Assembly (NCBI RefSeq): GCF_003918875.1
Contig: NW_025766980.1
Span: 1,798,001 to 1,862,000 of the forward strand
Origin: Haliotis rubra
Lineage: Eukaryota
Length of the DNA stretch: 64,000 bases
Direction: 5' to 3'
Positions 63,677 to 64,000 of the stretch are shown piece by piece. Each line of letters opens with the position of its first letter. Within the stretch, counting starts at the first letter, position 1. The notes beneath the pieces are model-generated. The model did no database searches. It saw nothing but the letters and a program-made list of their open reading frames with translations, and was not told the DNA's origin. A program made the translations under genes and the position numbers.

Positions 63677-64000
63677 CCTTCGGTCTGCCTGACTCGTAAT
63701 GGAAGGGGTAGCGACACTGAAACTAATTCCTGCTTGCTTACTCACTAACGATTATGGGAAACGGAACATTCAGGGGAGCTATACAATAATGAGAGGTGAG
63801 AAGTTTACTTCCATAAAGATTCCATTTCTATTATTTATGAATCAGTGTCGTCTAAAACGACAATAAAACAAAAGCATTGTCAGAAATAATGTGGATCGAA
63901 CTATCAAAACGTGTCTTTCTGTCGTAAAACTCCCCAGTATATATATATAATGTATATCATATCTGGGAAAACTGCGGATACTTCTAAGGGGTTCTTACAC

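Noticed and set aside
63677-63745. N-terminal extension of ORF 62951-63745
   Set aside because: Begins at a non-ATG codon; the ATG at 63676 starts a clear signal peptide.

Overview
Eukaryotic (animal) genomic DNA, AT-rich, with spliceosomal introns and dense repeats. The gene families and SINE types point to a mollusc, probably a gastropod such as abalone (inference). Two multi-exon lectin-type genes on the minus strand were reconstructed by hand with phase-consistent GT-AG splicing. (1) 47449-63676 encodes a secreted protein of about 635 aa: signal peptide, PAN/apple-like Cys motif, four 24-aa acidic EDGSG repeats and two tandem fibrinogen-related domains (FReD). (2) 15055-21984 encodes a type I membrane protein of about 653 aa: two C-type lectin domains, a Ser/Thr mucin stalk, a Cys/basic juxtamembrane motif and a TM helix. 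An IgGFc-binding-domain exon directly upstream of gene 2 (22614-23788) is phase-compatible with it, possibly giving a longer isoform. The FReD gene and the IgGFc exon each carry one 1-nt frameshift at an A4 run. Other content: a GT32 glycosyltransferase pseudogene, several Tc1 elements (one with an open DD34E ORF), a decayed LINE, a MULE remnant, a putative Academ-like remnant inside a ~5.2 kb tandem duplication, two SINE families with TSDs, several MITEs, a HINE-like element, minisatellites and one N gap. The most unusual structure is a 54-bp minisatellite built from copies of the splice acceptor and first codons of a FReD exon. No CRISPR array, rRNA or genuine tRNA gene was found.
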